Assembly: GCA_963674735.2 (NCBI GenBank)
Contig: CAXXQS010000001.1
Location: 896,001-960,000 of the forward strand
Direction: 5' to 3'
Length of the DNA stretch: 64,000 nt
Origin: Myxococcota bacterium
GTDB lineage: Bacteria; Myxococcota_A; SURF-8
Made by a program: the position numbers and the translations under genes. Every line of letters starts with the position of its first letter. Position 1 is the stretch's first letter. This document shows positions 48,343 through 58,885 of the stretch, piece after piece. The notes under the pieces were generated by a model that worked only from the letters and a program-made list of their open reading frames with translations, did not search any database and had not been told where the DNA came from.

Positions 48343-48479
48343 ATGGCTGTAGGTTCAGAACGAATCGTCCATCAATGTTATTGCCAGATGAGTTTTGGTA
48401 CAGGACGCGGATGCGAGGCATGAAGCGGTTCGTTTGCTGGATTTTGCGTGCGCGGGTTAGGCACTATTTGGGCACAAGA

Positions 48480-48508
48480 AAACGGCGAGTTTTGCAACCC
48501 GCCGTTTT
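48480..48508 (-). terminator. Hairpin downstream of the tRNA
   Basis: AAACGGCG...CGCCGTTT inverted repeat. Confidence 0.6.
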
Positions 48509-48521
48509 CACTAGCTAAAAA

Positions 48522-48598
48522 TGGTCGGCGTGAGAGGATTTGAACCTCCGACCTCTTGGTCCCGAACCAAGCGCGCTACCAAGCTGCGCTACACGCCG
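48522..48598 (-). tRNA. tRNA-Pro (anticodon CGG)
   Basis: Minus strand reads CGGCGTGTAGCGCAGCTTGGTAGCGCGCTTGGTTCGGGACCAAGAGGTCGGAGGTTCAAATCCTCTCACGCCGACCA: full cloverleaf with encoded CCA. Confidence 0.97.
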
Positions 48599-48692
48599 AA
48601 AGAGGTATGATTGATTATCACTCTGTGTGGGCTTTGTCAAGGATTCCTTAGAAAAAAACACAGCTTGTAAGAGTCTGTTGCCTGGTCCGACC

Positions 48693-51257
48693 TCAGGAAA
48701 CGAGACGTGTTTTACGCCTGCGCAGAATCCCCCAAACAAGAAGAGGAAGCAGCCACGTGAAAGCGGCGTTTCCGCCGGAAGGGGAGGAAGAACAGCCGCT
48801 GTCGCCGGAGCCGGACCCGCCATCATCGCCTTCATCGGAATCGTCGTCGTCATTGAGAGAATCGCCATCGATGGACAGGTCGTCGTCGCCCGGTTCGTCA
48901 CCGTCGATTGAATCATCGCCATCGTCCACTGGAGTGTCCGCAGCCTCAAAGTCGCCGTCCGAGCATCCTTCACAGTGGCTTTCACAGCTCACGCCGCCCT
49001 CCAGCCGGTTGCAGTCGGCTTCCTCAAGCCAAGCGCTGTCGTAGTAACCCAGGCCACAAACGCCGTTGAGCGCGTAAGCTTGTTCCGAGGCGTCCCATTC
49101 CAGGGTGCAACCCATGTCGTCTTCGAAACGGTCATCGCCACTATGTGTGAAGACAAGGCTTGTGGGAGTGTCTTTGCAGATGCCGCAGACTTGCAGGATG
49201 GTTTCATTGCAGCTTACGATATCGAAGATGCCTTGGCTGATCGTTTCCCGGCATAGGTCGTCATGCAGGAGTGTCAAGCGATAACAGGAGAAGCGCGGAC
49301 CGCAGGCGTCGTTGTCGCCGTCTGGATACGTGTCCTCATCGCCATCGGGCGAGAGATCCAGGTCCGCTTCGGCGATGTCTTGCTCTGTCACATCGATATC
49401 GTTTTCAGTGCTTTCCTCAAGATCTCCATCGCTTTCAGTGAATTCGAGGTCGCCATCTTCCGTGTTTTCCTGCTCGCCTTCATCTTCGTCGTCCAAATCG
49501 CCATCCACATCGCCATCGGTCGCACTGGGCGGATGATACTCGACGGCGTCGAGGTCGAAGCCGGGGTAGCTGCCGCTTGAACTACTGCTGCGATCTTGGA
49601 TCTTGACGTAGCGGACGGTTTCAGTTCCGATTGCGGCGAGATCGAAAAAGGCGTCGCCGCTTGCATCGCCGAGATAGGTCCACGGCCCGGTGTAGTCGTT
49701 CGAGACGGAAACGCGATAGGGATCGCCGTTGTAAGGGGCGCCTTCGTAGACGGTCAATTCGTTGCCGACGCCGTTTTCCATGTCGACCCACATATCCAGC
49801 ACGGCGAAACCGTGTTGGGAGAGCGAAAATGCCGCTTCGTCGGGCGGGCCGAGCGCGGCCACGGACTCGGTGAGGTTGCTCATGTCCGCTTCGACGGCCG
49901 GAGTCTGGAGTGCGTAATAGCCGCCACCGGGGACCAATTGCACGTTGCGGGTGGCCTGTAGTCCGCGTTCGGGATCTTCGGATAGGGTGACACTGGTGAT
50001 GCGCTGAGCTTCGTAGCCCGGCGACCAGACGGTGAAATCGTAGCTTCCGGTGGGCAAGAGACGGTGATAATCACCAGCAATCGGGTCTGTGTAGACGGGC
50101 CAATGGGGCGAGTCGGCCAAAATCATGGCGTGCAGCGGGTCGCCGGTGTCGGCATCGGTGACAACGCCGTGGACGCCATCGCGGGCGCGGGCGAGCAGGG
50201 CCAGGATGGCCGCTTGGTTTTTGGCGTAGGTTCCCGAAATATTGATGTTTTCGGTTTCGATGGTCCAATCGAGATCACCGCGTGAGCCATAGGAAAAGTC
50301 GTTGGTGTCACCGTAGGTTTGGTACCAGTCGTAGCCGTTGATGGTTGTGTAACCGGTCGGCGCGGCAAAGAGGTCGGACAGCGTGATCAAGTACGCCTCG
50401 TCGGGACTGGCGCGGTAGGTGTAGTTCCACAGGTAGTTCACGTAATCGGCGGTGGTGTGAAAGCTGAGGGATAAGACGAAGTTGCGTTCCAGGTGGTGGT
50501 CGGCGAAGGCGCGGACTTCGGGCTGGGAAAACGCTCCGGAGTTGTCGTAGTCGCCCGACCAGTCGCCGCCGCGATATTGATAGCCATAGTTGCGATTGAG
50601 ATCGATATCGTTGGCGTTTTCGCGTTGACCATAGGCGCGGCCATCGGGATTGACCAGCGGAATGAAGGTGATTTCAAGCCCGTTGACCAGATCGGTGACG
50701 GTGCTGTTGGTGCCGTAATTGTCGGCGAGGTACTGGGCGAAAAGCAGTGGAATTTCAACCGACATATACTCGTTGCCGTGGTGACACCCCGCGATGCGGA
50801 CTTCCGGCTCGTTTTCGTTGCTGTTTACGTTGTCGCTCATCACGAGTCCGTGGATGCTGCGACCCTGGACGGAGGTTCCGAGGGTGAAACGACGCGCGAT
50901 GGCCGGATGGGCGGTGGCGATGGCGTCGAGGACGCTGCCGACGCCGCTGTTGTCGTGCCAGGTTTCGGCGCGTAGCGACTCATTGGAGGGCAGGGCGGGG
51001 TCGCGCGGGAGGTAGGTCGGCGCGAAGCCCAGCGATTCCAGTCGGATGCGCTGCTTTTCGTCGAGACGCAGCACGACGCCTTCTCGCAGGCGATGGCGGA
51101 TTTGCACCCCGGCGGCGGCCAGCAGGTCGACCTGGGCGCGCGAGTGGATCGGGACGCGGTAGAAGGCGGCATCGTTGTTATTCGGAGCGGCGAAGGAAGG
51201 CACGCTGAAGAGGCAGACAAACAGGATGACAAAGAGTGGATAAACGAAGCGCTGCAT
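48693..51257 (-). CDS. M14 zinc carboxypeptidase with a MYXO-CTERM-like tail
   Basis: HGNE, NPDG, DLNRN, SFH and TIE motifs; signal peptide; C-terminal SGC, TM helix and RRRK. Confidence 0.92.
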   Translation of the reverse strand: MQRFVYPLFVILFVCLFSVPSFAAPNNNDAAFYRVPIHSRAQVDLLAAAGVQIRHRLREGVVLRLDEKQRIRLESLGFAPTYLPRDPALPSNESLRAETWHDNSGVGSVLDAIATAHPAIARRFTLGTSVQGRSIHGLVMSDNVNSNENEPEVRIAGCHHGNEYMSVEIPLLFAQYLADNYGTNSTVTDLVNGLEITFIPLVNPDGRAYGQRENANDIDLNRNYGYQYRGGDWSGDYDNSGAFSQPEVRAFADHHLERNFVLSLSFHTTADYVNYLWNYTYRASPDEAYLITLSDLFAAPTGYTTINGYDWYQTYGDTNDFSYGSRGDLDWTIETENINISGTYAKNQAAILALLARARDGVHGVVTDADTGDPLHAMILADSPHWPVYTDPIAGDYHRLLPTGSYDFTVWSPGYEAQRITSVTLSEDPERGLQATRNVQLVPGGGYYALQTPAVEADMSNLTESVAALGPPDEAAFSLSQHGFAVLDMWVDMENGVGNELTVYEGAPYNGDPYRVSVSNDYTGPWTYLGDASGDAFFDLAAIGTETVRYVKIQDRSSSSSGSYPGFDLDAVEYHPPSATDGDVDGDLDDEDEGEQENTEDGDLEFTESDGDLEESTENDIDVTEQDIAEADLDLSPDGDEDTYPDGDNDACGPRFSCYRLTLLHDDLCRETISQGIFDIVSCNETILQVCGICKDTPTSLVFTHSGDDRFEDDMGCTLEWDASEQAYALNGVCGLGYYDSAWLEEADCNRLEGGVSCESHCEGCSDGDFEAADTPVDDGDDSIDGDEPGDDDLSIDGDSLNDDDDSDEGDDGGSGSGDSGCSSSPSGGNAAFTWLLPLLVWGILRRRKTRLVS

Positions 51258-51283
51258 GAAAAACCTCGTGGAAAGACGACCGC

Positions 51284-51982
51284 TTAGGGCGCGGGGTTAA
51301 GCTTGGAAAGATAGAGTTTGGCCAGGGCGTTCTCGGGTTCGGCGGCGAGCACCTGTTCCCATTCTTTACGGGCGCGGTCGGGAACGTTGGTTAAGTAGTC
51401 GCACAGGCCCAGAAAAACGCGCGCCGGATGGTAATCGGGTTTCTGGTCGAGGATGCGGCGATACTCGGCGGCGGCGGCCTCGTAGCGTTCGAGCACGCGC
51501 AGACAGTTGCCGTAGAGCAGGCGAATATCGTGGTAATGGGGAGCCAGTTCGAGGGCTTTGGTGAATTCCTCGACGGCCGCCTCGCCCTGGTTGCATTGCA
51601 GGTAAAGTTGGGCGATTTCCCTGCGCAGGTTGGCCAGCCGTCCGCGCACGTTTTTGGGAAGACCATTCCAGCCGTCCGCGCCGGAGACGGCGGGTTTCCA
51701 GCGTTCGGCCAGCTCTTTCTCGCCCAACTCGTTGAGCAGGATGAAATAATTGATGCGGGCTTCTTCGAATTGCGGATTGATGGCCAGGGCGCGGTCGAAA
51801 GCGCCGCGTGCGGCCAGCAGATCGCCCATGGAGTGAAAGATCACGCCCATGAGGTGGAAGACATCGGCGTAGCCGTCGTTCTGCTCGATCACGGCGGTGA
51901 AGTGCTTCAGCGCCAGGCGATAATCGCCGTTGCGATAGGCATCCTTGCCGAGTTGAATCCGATCCGCCCGTTCACGCTCCAT
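51284..51982 (-). CDS. TPR repeat protein
   Basis: Repeated TPR consensus (ALAINPQF.EA, ALELAPHY). Confidence 0.88.
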   Translation of the reverse strand: MERERADRIQLGKDAYRNGDYRLALKHFTAVIEQNDGYADVFHLMGVIFHSMGDLLAARGAFDRALAINPQFEEARINYFILLNELGEKELAERWKPAVSGADGWNGLPKNVRGRLANLRREIAQLYLQCNQGEAAVEEFTKALELAPHYHDIRLLYGNCLRVLERYEAAAAEYRRILDQKPDYHPARVFLGLCDYLTNVPDRARKEWEQVLAAEPENALAKLYLSKLNPAP

Positions 51983-52063
51983 GTTTGGCTCCCTGCAAAA
52001 AGTCCATCTATTGCGGAGTTTACCCCAGCCGCCCATTGGGTGCAAGCGAAAGGGATAGCGGAA

Positions 52064-55000
52064 TCAGGCACTTTCTTCCGGGGCTTCAATGGCTCCGATC
52101 TCGATCAGCTTTTGTATGATAGGGCCGATCAACTCGACATCGGGCTGGCGGTGGATGGCGTTGCAGAGTTTTAAATAGCGGTTTAGTGGGTCCACAATCC
52201 AATTTGAATAGGCCTGGGGCAAGGCAAGAAAGTAGGGAGAAATGATTTGAAGGGATTCTTTGCAGGCGTCATGCGCCTCTTCAGGACGATTGAACTGTTC
52301 GAAGTCAATGGATATATTAAACAATGAGGTGGCCAGATCAGGGTTGAAGGCATCGGGATATTTTTGAGCGAGTTCGCGCCGGATATCGATGGCTTCCAGG
52401 CTGGCGTCCATGGCTTCCTGGTGGCGATCAACATCGGTCAAGCGAGCAGACAGGTTATTGAGGGAGCTTGCGAGGTCAGGTTTGAACGCGTCGGGCCTGT
52501 TTTCTGCGAGTTCTTTGCGGATTTCGACGGCTTCTAATATGGCATCGAGCGCTTTTTCTCTTTTTCCGAGCTCGCTGTAGCGAGCAGACAGGTTATTGAG
52601 GGAGCTTGCGAGGTCAGGTTTGAACGCATCGGGTCTTTTTTGGGCGAGTTCTCTGCGGATTTCGACGGCTTCTAAGCTTGCTTCGAGCGCTTTTTCTCTT
52701 TTTCCGAGTTCGCTGTAGCAGTTTGACAGGTTATTGAGGGAGCTTGCGAGGTTTGGTTTGAACGCGTCGGGTCTTTTTTGGGCGAGTTCTTTGTAGATTT
52801 CGACGGCTTCTAATATGGCTTCGAGCGCTTTTTCTCTTTGTCCGAGCTCGCTGTAGCGGTTTGACAGGTTATTGAGGGAGCTTGCGAGGTCAGGTTTGAA
52901 CGCGTCGGGCCTGTTTTCTGCGAGTTCTTTGCGGATTTCGACGGCTTCTAATATGGCATCGAGCGCTTTTTCTCTTTTTCCGAGCTCGCTGTAGCAACCG
53001 GACAGGTTATTGAGGGAGCTTGCGAGGTTTGGTTTGAACGCGTCGGGTCTTTTTTGGGCGAGTTCTTTGTAGATTTCGACGGCTTCTAATATGGCTTCGA
53101 GCGCTTTTTCTCTTTGTCCGAGTTCGCTGTAGAAAACAGACAAGTTATTGAGGGAGCTTGCGAGGTCAGGTTTGAACGCGTCGGGTCTTTTTTGGGCGAG
53201 TTCTTTGTAGATTTCGACGGCTTCTAAACTGGCATCGAGCGCTTTTTCTCTTTGTCCGAGTTCGCTGTAGCGGTTTGACAGGTTATTGAGGGACATAGCG
53301 AGGTCAGGTTTGAACGCGTCGGGTCTTTTTTGGGCGAGTTCTTTGTAGATTTCGACGGCTTCTAAACTGGCATCGAGCGCTTTTTCTGGTTCTCCAAGAG
53401 CGCCGAGACGCACGGCAAGGTTGTTGGCATAGAGAGCAGCTTCTTCAAGATTATTCGTGCGTTTTGCATGGTTTAGTAGAATTTGCCTTGTTGCCGTCGC
53501 CGCTTCACGCAGGCAAACGGTTTCAAGTGGAAATGCACTGTGTAAAGCCTTCGCCGCCTCGACATTCTGCGTGCTTTCGAAAGCTTGCGCCAGGGCCAGG
53601 CCCAGTGGATCGCTGAGGGACGGATCGTTTTCAGGGAGGGCCTCTTGCAGTGCAACCTCGATACCAATGCGGCCCAAGCGCGTGAGATCCTGAGCGAAAG
53701 CCAAGGCCAGCCATGCGCTGGCTGCCGGGTTTCGGCGCACGATGCGTGCCAAAACGGTGATGCCTTGTTTCACACCGCGCTCGGATGCCTGGGGTGAAAA
53801 GGCCGCTTCGAGCACGCGTTGGCCTTCATCGGTGGCGAGCACCTGCTCGATCCAGAACTCACCGATCAGGTCCGGTTCCAGGCCGCGCAGGCGACTGAAG
53901 CGCTTCTGTTCCCGTTCGCCGTAAAGATCGACCAACACCTCGATGGCGGATTCCAAATGGTTGGGAATATCGGTGTGTTCACCCAGTATTATCATGGACT
54001 GCTTTAAGAATTCGTAGTCGTCGATCTCGCCATGCAAGGTGGCCAACGCCACGGCGCGTTCGAGGCAGGCCAGGCGGCTGGCGTGTGTTTCGACATCCAA
54101 ACCCCGGCTGTTGGCCTTGCGCTGGATGACATCTCGTTCGCGCTGTTGTACGAATTGCAGCAGGTCGCCATCGTTCTCCAAAATCTGGCCATCCATCCAG
54201 GCCAGGGCGGCGATGTGGATAAACAGCATGCGCTCGAAGTGCTTCTTCTCAAGCTTGGGTTGGGCGAGATCGGTTTGTTTGATGGGTAGATTTTTTTTCT
54301 TGAAGGCCTCGATGGCTTGCTCGAAAGCGGAATAGCGCTCGTTTTCGGGTAAAGCCAGGGCGCTGTGTGACTTGATCGGGGCCAGGTCGAAAATCTGGCC
54401 CATCTGTTCGGGAACTGCGGCTTTGAGATGCTGCCACCAATCACTTACACGGCGGCAGATCAACACCACGCGAAGGCGGCGACCGGCGGCGTTGTCGTGC
54501 AGCACCTCCACCAACTGCCGAACTTCGTCAGGGCGGGTTTCGGCATAATCGACGACGATCAGGAAATGATGGCCAAGCTGCAGGATTTCGCGAAATTCAC
54601 GCGCAAAGCCCGGCCTTTTCGTCGCATGATCCCGCAGAAACGCCGCCTGCCAATTGCCTTTCAAGCGGAGTTTCCCGGTGTTGATCAGGTCCATCACTTC
54701 AAGGTAAAGCCGCGTTTTACCCACACCACCTTCGCCCTGCACCACCCACAACGACAACGCCTCGTCACGCAGGCACCAAGCCTCAACATCGGCGATTTTG
54801 TCGTCGCGTCCGAAACGGGGAACGATGGCGTGGCGCGCCACCAAGAGCTTGCGGCTTAGTGAATGCTTCTTCGGATCGAAGGGCAGGTTCGCATTCCAGG
54901 TTTTAAAGCGTTTATCGAGGATGTCTTCGGTGTTATCAGAGACTTTTTTACCTTCTTGGAACGCGGCGACAAATGAACTGCCCGCAATACCGATCACCAT

Positions 55001-55129
55001 TCCGGCAAACGCAGCCACTGCGTAATAGAGCAGTTGGTCGGAGGAAAGCCCCAAAACCCAAACGGAAATGCCCAAAAAGGTCAAACCCGATAAAGCGCTG
55101 AATAAAAATGTCCGTTTCAATCCCGACAT
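52064..55129 (-). CDS. NLR/STAND-like protein: N-terminal TM pair, P-loop NTPase, TPR repeats
   Basis: Two hydrophobic helices, FGR, Walker A GEGGVGKTRL, Walker B LIVVDYAE and 46-aa TPR-like repeats. Confidence 0.85.
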   Translation of the reverse strand: MSGLKRTFLFSALSGLTFLGISVWVLGLSSDQLLYYAVAAFAGMVIGIAGSSFVAAFQEGKKVSDNTEDILDKRFKTWNANLPFDPKKHSLSRKLLVARHAIVPRFGRDDKIADVEAWCLRDEALSLWVVQGEGGVGKTRLYLEVMDLINTGKLRLKGNWQAAFLRDHATKRPGFAREFREILQLGHHFLIVVDYAETRPDEVRQLVEVLHDNAAGRRLRVVLICRRVSDWWQHLKAAVPEQMGQIFDLAPIKSHSALALPENERYSAFEQAIEAFKKKNLPIKQTDLAQPKLEKKHFERMLFIHIAALAWMDGQILENDGDLLQFVQQRERDVIQRKANSRGLDVETHASRLACLERAVALATLHGEIDDYEFLKQSMIILGEHTDIPNHLESAIEVLVDLYGEREQKRFSRLRGLEPDLIGEFWIEQVLATDEGQRVLEAAFSPQASERGVKQGITVLARIVRRNPAASAWLALAFAQDLTRLGRIGIEVALQEALPENDPSLSDPLGLALAQAFESTQNVEAAKALHSAFPLETVCLREAATATRQILLNHAKRTNNLEEAALYANNLAVRLGALGEPEKALDASLEAVEIYKELAQKRPDAFKPDLAMSLNNLSNRYSELGQREKALDASLEAVEIYKELAQKRPDAFKPDLASSLNNLSVFYSELGQREKALEAILEAVEIYKELAQKRPDAFKPNLASSLNNLSGCYSELGKREKALDAILEAVEIRKELAENRPDAFKPDLASSLNNLSNRYSELGQREKALEAILEAVEIYKELAQKRPDAFKPNLASSLNNLSNCYSELGKREKALEASLEAVEIRRELAQKRPDAFKPDLASSLNNLSARYSELGKREKALDAILEAVEIRKELAENRPDAFKPDLASSLNNLSARLTDVDRHQEAMDASLEAIDIRRELAQKYPDAFNPDLATSLFNISIDFEQFNRPEEAHDACKESLQIISPYFLALPQAYSNWIVDPLNRYLKLCNAIHRQPDVELIGPIIQKLIEIGAIEAPEESA
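52316..53425 (-). repeat. Intragenic tandem repeat, 138-bp unit, about 8 copies
   Basis: GTTATTGAGGGA recurs every 138 nt from about 52453 to 53281. Confidence 0.95.
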
Positions 55130-55381
55130 TCGACCGCCTCTCTCAAACGATCCATCGCCAGCCCCGCTGTGATTGGCTTGTGTCACATCTTGCTGCGCTG
55201 TCCGGTTGTGGGGTAAGTGGCACCTACATGTATACGACATGATTGGTCGGGAATCAAGAAGTTCTTGTAACTATACGATATTGCGGATGTAATACGGAAC
55301 TCTCCACCCGCACGCAAAACGGCCGCCGGGGCGACCGTGGGGGAAATATGGGGTGGTTACGGGATCGCTAAGGGGCTGGAA

Positions 55382-55573
55382 TCAGGAGCACCAGCAGTCC
55401 TTGTCGCTGTCGCAGCAGGGCAGGGCGATGTTGTCGGGGCTTTTCACCACCTTTTCGCCGCAAAGCTGGCAGTGGGTGGTCTCCTTGCCCGACTCGTCGA
55501 TGCATTCCGAGCCGCAGACCCAGCAGTGACTTTGGGTGATGAGTTCCTTCGGGCTTTTTTTGACTGATACCAT
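55382..55573 (-). CDS. Small cysteine-rich protein
   Basis: 63 aa with 9 Cys (CxxC twice, CC, CxC); purine-rich RBS. Confidence 0.55.
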   Translation of the reverse strand: MVSVKKSPKELITQSHCWVCGSECIDESGKETTHCQLCGEKVVKSPDNIALPCCDSDKDCWCS

Positions 55574-55780
55574 GGTGTGACCCTTTCATGTTGAACGTGT
55601 TGAGTGTAGAGCCTTCATAACTTTAGACACGCAGGCGCGGTCGTCTATTCCCAACCCGGCTAAACCGACCAGCCGCTCCGAAGGCCACCTATCGAGACGC
55701 GCGGCTTGCGTTCGTCCGGATTGGGCAGCGGCACTCGAATGCCGAAATACAACCTCGTTTCGTGCGTAACGCCGAATCCT

Positions 55781-55921
55781 TGTTGACAAATTGTTGATAA
55801 GCTGTTGATAACCATCGGGAAGATTGTGGATAAACGCGAGTGGTAACGTGGATAACGTGTGATGAGATCGCCTGATCTACGCGGAAATAGTGTGAATAAG
55901 TAGCCGAAAAGGTGTGGATAA
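55781..55921. promoter_or_regulatory. Cluster of co-oriented DnaA boxes
   Basis: TGTGGATAA at 55825 and 55913, TGTGAATAA at 55891, CGTGGATAA at 55847, TGTTGATAA at 55792 and 55803, TGTTGACAA at 55781. Confidence 0.8.
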
Positions 55922-56032
55922 ACAGTTTATAACGTGTTCCTATGGATTTCTATGTGTCTGAAATAAAACGAGTAATTTGATTCATCGGTTGTCGGCTAGG
56001 ATCCGCGAAGCACGTCCACCAAACCCGTCCAC

Positions 56033-56057
56033 AAAAAAGCCGCCCCGAAGGGCGGCC
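56033..56057 (-). terminator. Intrinsic terminator
   Basis: GCCGCCC-TTCG-GGGCGGC followed by TTTTTT, after the peptidase stop. Confidence 0.85.
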
Positions 56058-56081
56058 AAGATGCGCAGATGAAAGGAAGGA

Positions 56082-58885
56082 TCAGGCGCGCAGGCGACGG
56101 CGGACGGCCAGTCCCAGCATGAGCAGAAGCAAGGCCATAGCCGGTGTGGAGCCGCTTTGACGGCAGCCGCTCGAACTCGACGAACCCGAGCCGCCTTCGT
56201 CGTCGTCATCATCGTCCGAATCGTCGCCATCGGGCTCGTTGCCGTCGGGGGCTTCCTGACAAAAACCGCCACAGTCGGTTTCAGCACAGATTTCGCCTTC
56301 TTCGCAGTCGTCGTCCGCTTCGCATTCGGGGGCGATATCCACGCACAAGCCGTTGGCGCAAAGTTTACAGGGCCCGCAATCGACGCTGGTGGTGCATTCC
56401 CGGCTCATCGCCGTCCGGGTTGTCGCCGTCGGGGTCGTCCCCATCGGGATCATCGCCGTCGGGATCGTCGCCGTCCACCGGAAGCGCCTCGCAGAAGCCG
56501 CCGCAATCGCCGATGTCGCAGAATTCGTCGTCTTCGCAGTCGGCATCGGTGTCGCATTCCGGCACGATGACTTCACAGGCGTGGGTGTCGTTGCAGATAT
56601 TGCAAGCCGGGCAATCCGCGTCGGTGTGACAGGGCGCTTCGCCTTCGCCGAAGGTGAATACATGCCCCATCATGTAGGAACCGCCGCCCATGAAGCTGCC
56701 GCCGCCCGAGCTGGTGTTGGCGATGGCGATGTAGTAATCACCCGCGACGAAAGATCCGCCGCCCTCCGGCATGATGAGAGCCACGTATTTGTCGAGCTGC
56801 GGATTGGTCGACTCCCACTCGGCGGCCTCGGCTTCGAGATCGTAGGTAGCCGAGACGGTGTCGTCGGTGTAGGCGAAGAGCACCGGACCGTCTTTTTTGA
56901 CCAGGTACTTGATGTCCATCGATCCGCCGACCAGTCCGCCCTGGGCGATGCTGTTGAAATCGGCCCGGATGTAGTCGACATCCGCGGGAACCGTCAGTTT
57001 GAATTGGAAAAATCCCGGTGTGAAGGGAGAAAGGCCGCTGCTGCCATTATCGTACAAAGTAATCATTTCGAAGAATTCGTTTTCTTCCGTGGGGACGGCG
57101 CGGTTGCAGTGAGCAGGCCAGATGCCGCGAGCCTGGAAAATATTCTCGGCAGCGGCTTTGGCATCCGTTCCATACCAATCTTCGACATGAGAGGCGATCG
57201 TCACGGCTCCCTGCGTGAAGGTCGGCGACTGGCTCAGTTCCAGTAAGCCTTCGAAAATCACCGCAGCCACTTCATCCGCATCCGCTCCATCGGTGATCAG
57301 CCATTCACGGATTTCCCACAAAGCACCCGACCACCATTCGGAGTCGTCGTGCACTTCGCCTTTTACATCGTCGGGGCAGACTTTGTCGTTTTCAAGGTCG
57401 CGCAAAGCCACGTTGTCGCCGAAAGCGTTGCCCACATATTCCGCCAGACTGGGGTCGCCCACGTAAGCGGCCGAGAAAAAGTCGGCGAAGCCTTCATTCA
57501 TGGCCCCCGGATCGGTTGCCAGGCCGTACTGATCGGCGATGATGCTGGTCAGCTTGATCGTGGAATCGATAACGGCATGGGTGAATTCGTGGAAGACGAC
57601 CTCGCCATCGTAGGAGAAGTCGATGTCCGTACCCTGGCCGAAAACGATCGAGTCTTCCTGGGGATAGAGCTGGGGGACGATCCCGCCGGTCGGCGAATAA
57701 AAAGCGTTATCGAAAGGAATCAGGTCGGTGGGAATGCCCCCACCTAAAAGAGCTTCGTAATCAAGCATTTTGAAGTTGGCGATGCAGCGAAGCTTTTGCT
57801 GTTCAAGCGAGGTAAACGGAGGAGTGGTGCTATCGATTTCCATGGCAAGATCGAGGAAGTATTGATAGATGATTCCGACCTGATAGAACAGGTGCAACTC
57901 CGAGAATTCATCACCGGAAACGCCCGCATCCTCCCAGTTGCCGAAAGCCGGGGTAAGCAGAAAATCGCCGTTGGCGTCAGCCTCGGCAACATGGCGTTCG
58001 GTGCAGACCGGGACGCTACCCAGGAAAGGAACGGTCATCGTGCCGCCTTCGTCGGGGCAGTTCAAAGCATAATGTTTTTCGCCTTCGGTTTGGATCGGGT
58101 CGCCTGCTGTTGCCGGCAGACTTAGGAAGGGCATGTCGCGCGTGACCAGGGTGCCTTGCTCGTCGGCACCCGGATTGTACTCGAACACATCCGCCTGTTT
58201 CATGAACACAACCTGGTTCAGGCTCATCAGGAATTCACCGCTATGGGCGTCTACAAAAGCGATCCGTCGTTCCGTGGGGAACGGCAAAGGCATCGCGACC
58301 GCATAAGCCAGCCGCATTTTTCCGGCCGTTTGCCAGATGTAAAGCTTGGTTTGCTTCGTATCCATTTCGGTTGTACGTAATGAATCGGTGGGAAAACCGT
58401 ATACCGATGCCCAGGCTTCGGCGATGGCTTCATAAGGGGAAATAGTCGGGACAGGGTTCAAATTCCTGATTGAGAGGGCTTGATTGTGTACGCGAACGAC
58501 TTCGTCTTTATCGTTTAGCACAACATTTACCTGACCCAGATAGACCGGGATCCCTTGCCATTCTTGCGTGAAGCGCAAGGCGCGCACTTTACCGAGGTTG
58601 TAACGTCGGTCAAAGCGCAATTCGGAAACGTCGCTGAGACCGATCAGCTTGGTATTGCGCCGCAGAAAATCGCGTGCTTTCAGTTCATCGGAACCCGTTT
58701 TTACAGTTGCGGCTGCAAAATCATAAAGCAGGCGTGGAGCATCCTGGTTTTCAGTGAAAAGCGCTTTGGCTCCGGGGTGTTGCGATTGGAAGGATGTCAA
58801 AGCGTTGGGAGCGGCCCAAGCGTTGAAGGTGGCCAGTAATAAAACAAATACGGCCAACCCGGTTAGGGGGGCGACGATAGGTCAT
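56082..58885 (-). CDS. M4/M36-like secreted metallopeptidase with FTP/PepSY propeptide and MYXO-CTERM-like tail (two apparent +1 indels)
   Basis: DNAFY, HEFTH and NEGFADF motifs. Removing one base at 58866-58871 and one near 56400 joins the signal peptide, body and SGC-TM-RRR tail. Confidence 0.85.

Larger units (their letters stand above)
1..48521. mobile_element. Mosaic genomic island adjoining the 3' end of tRNA-Pro; left boundary lies outside the window
   Basis: Contains a serine recombinase, defence genes, an IS relic, a PolA module and DUF2958, with patchy base composition, ending at a tRNA 3' end. No duplicated att site was seen in the window. Confidence 0.7.

Noticed and set aside
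1-48521. Intact prophage, conjugative element or integron
   Set aside because: No virion, terminase, relaxase, T4SS or integron integrase genes, and no repeated attC-like sites were seen in the visible part.
48515-48985. 156-aa ORF spanning the tRNA
   Set aside because: Overlaps tRNA-Pro and the carboxypeptidase tail in another frame.
52316-53425. CRISPR array or diversity-generating retroelement
   Set aside because: The repeats are in-frame coding units with no spacers, and there is no cas or reverse transcriptase gene.
56082-58885. Peptidase split into two genes, or a phase-variable anchor
   Set aside because: Single extra bases in short homopolymers, the same pattern as neighbouring rarA.
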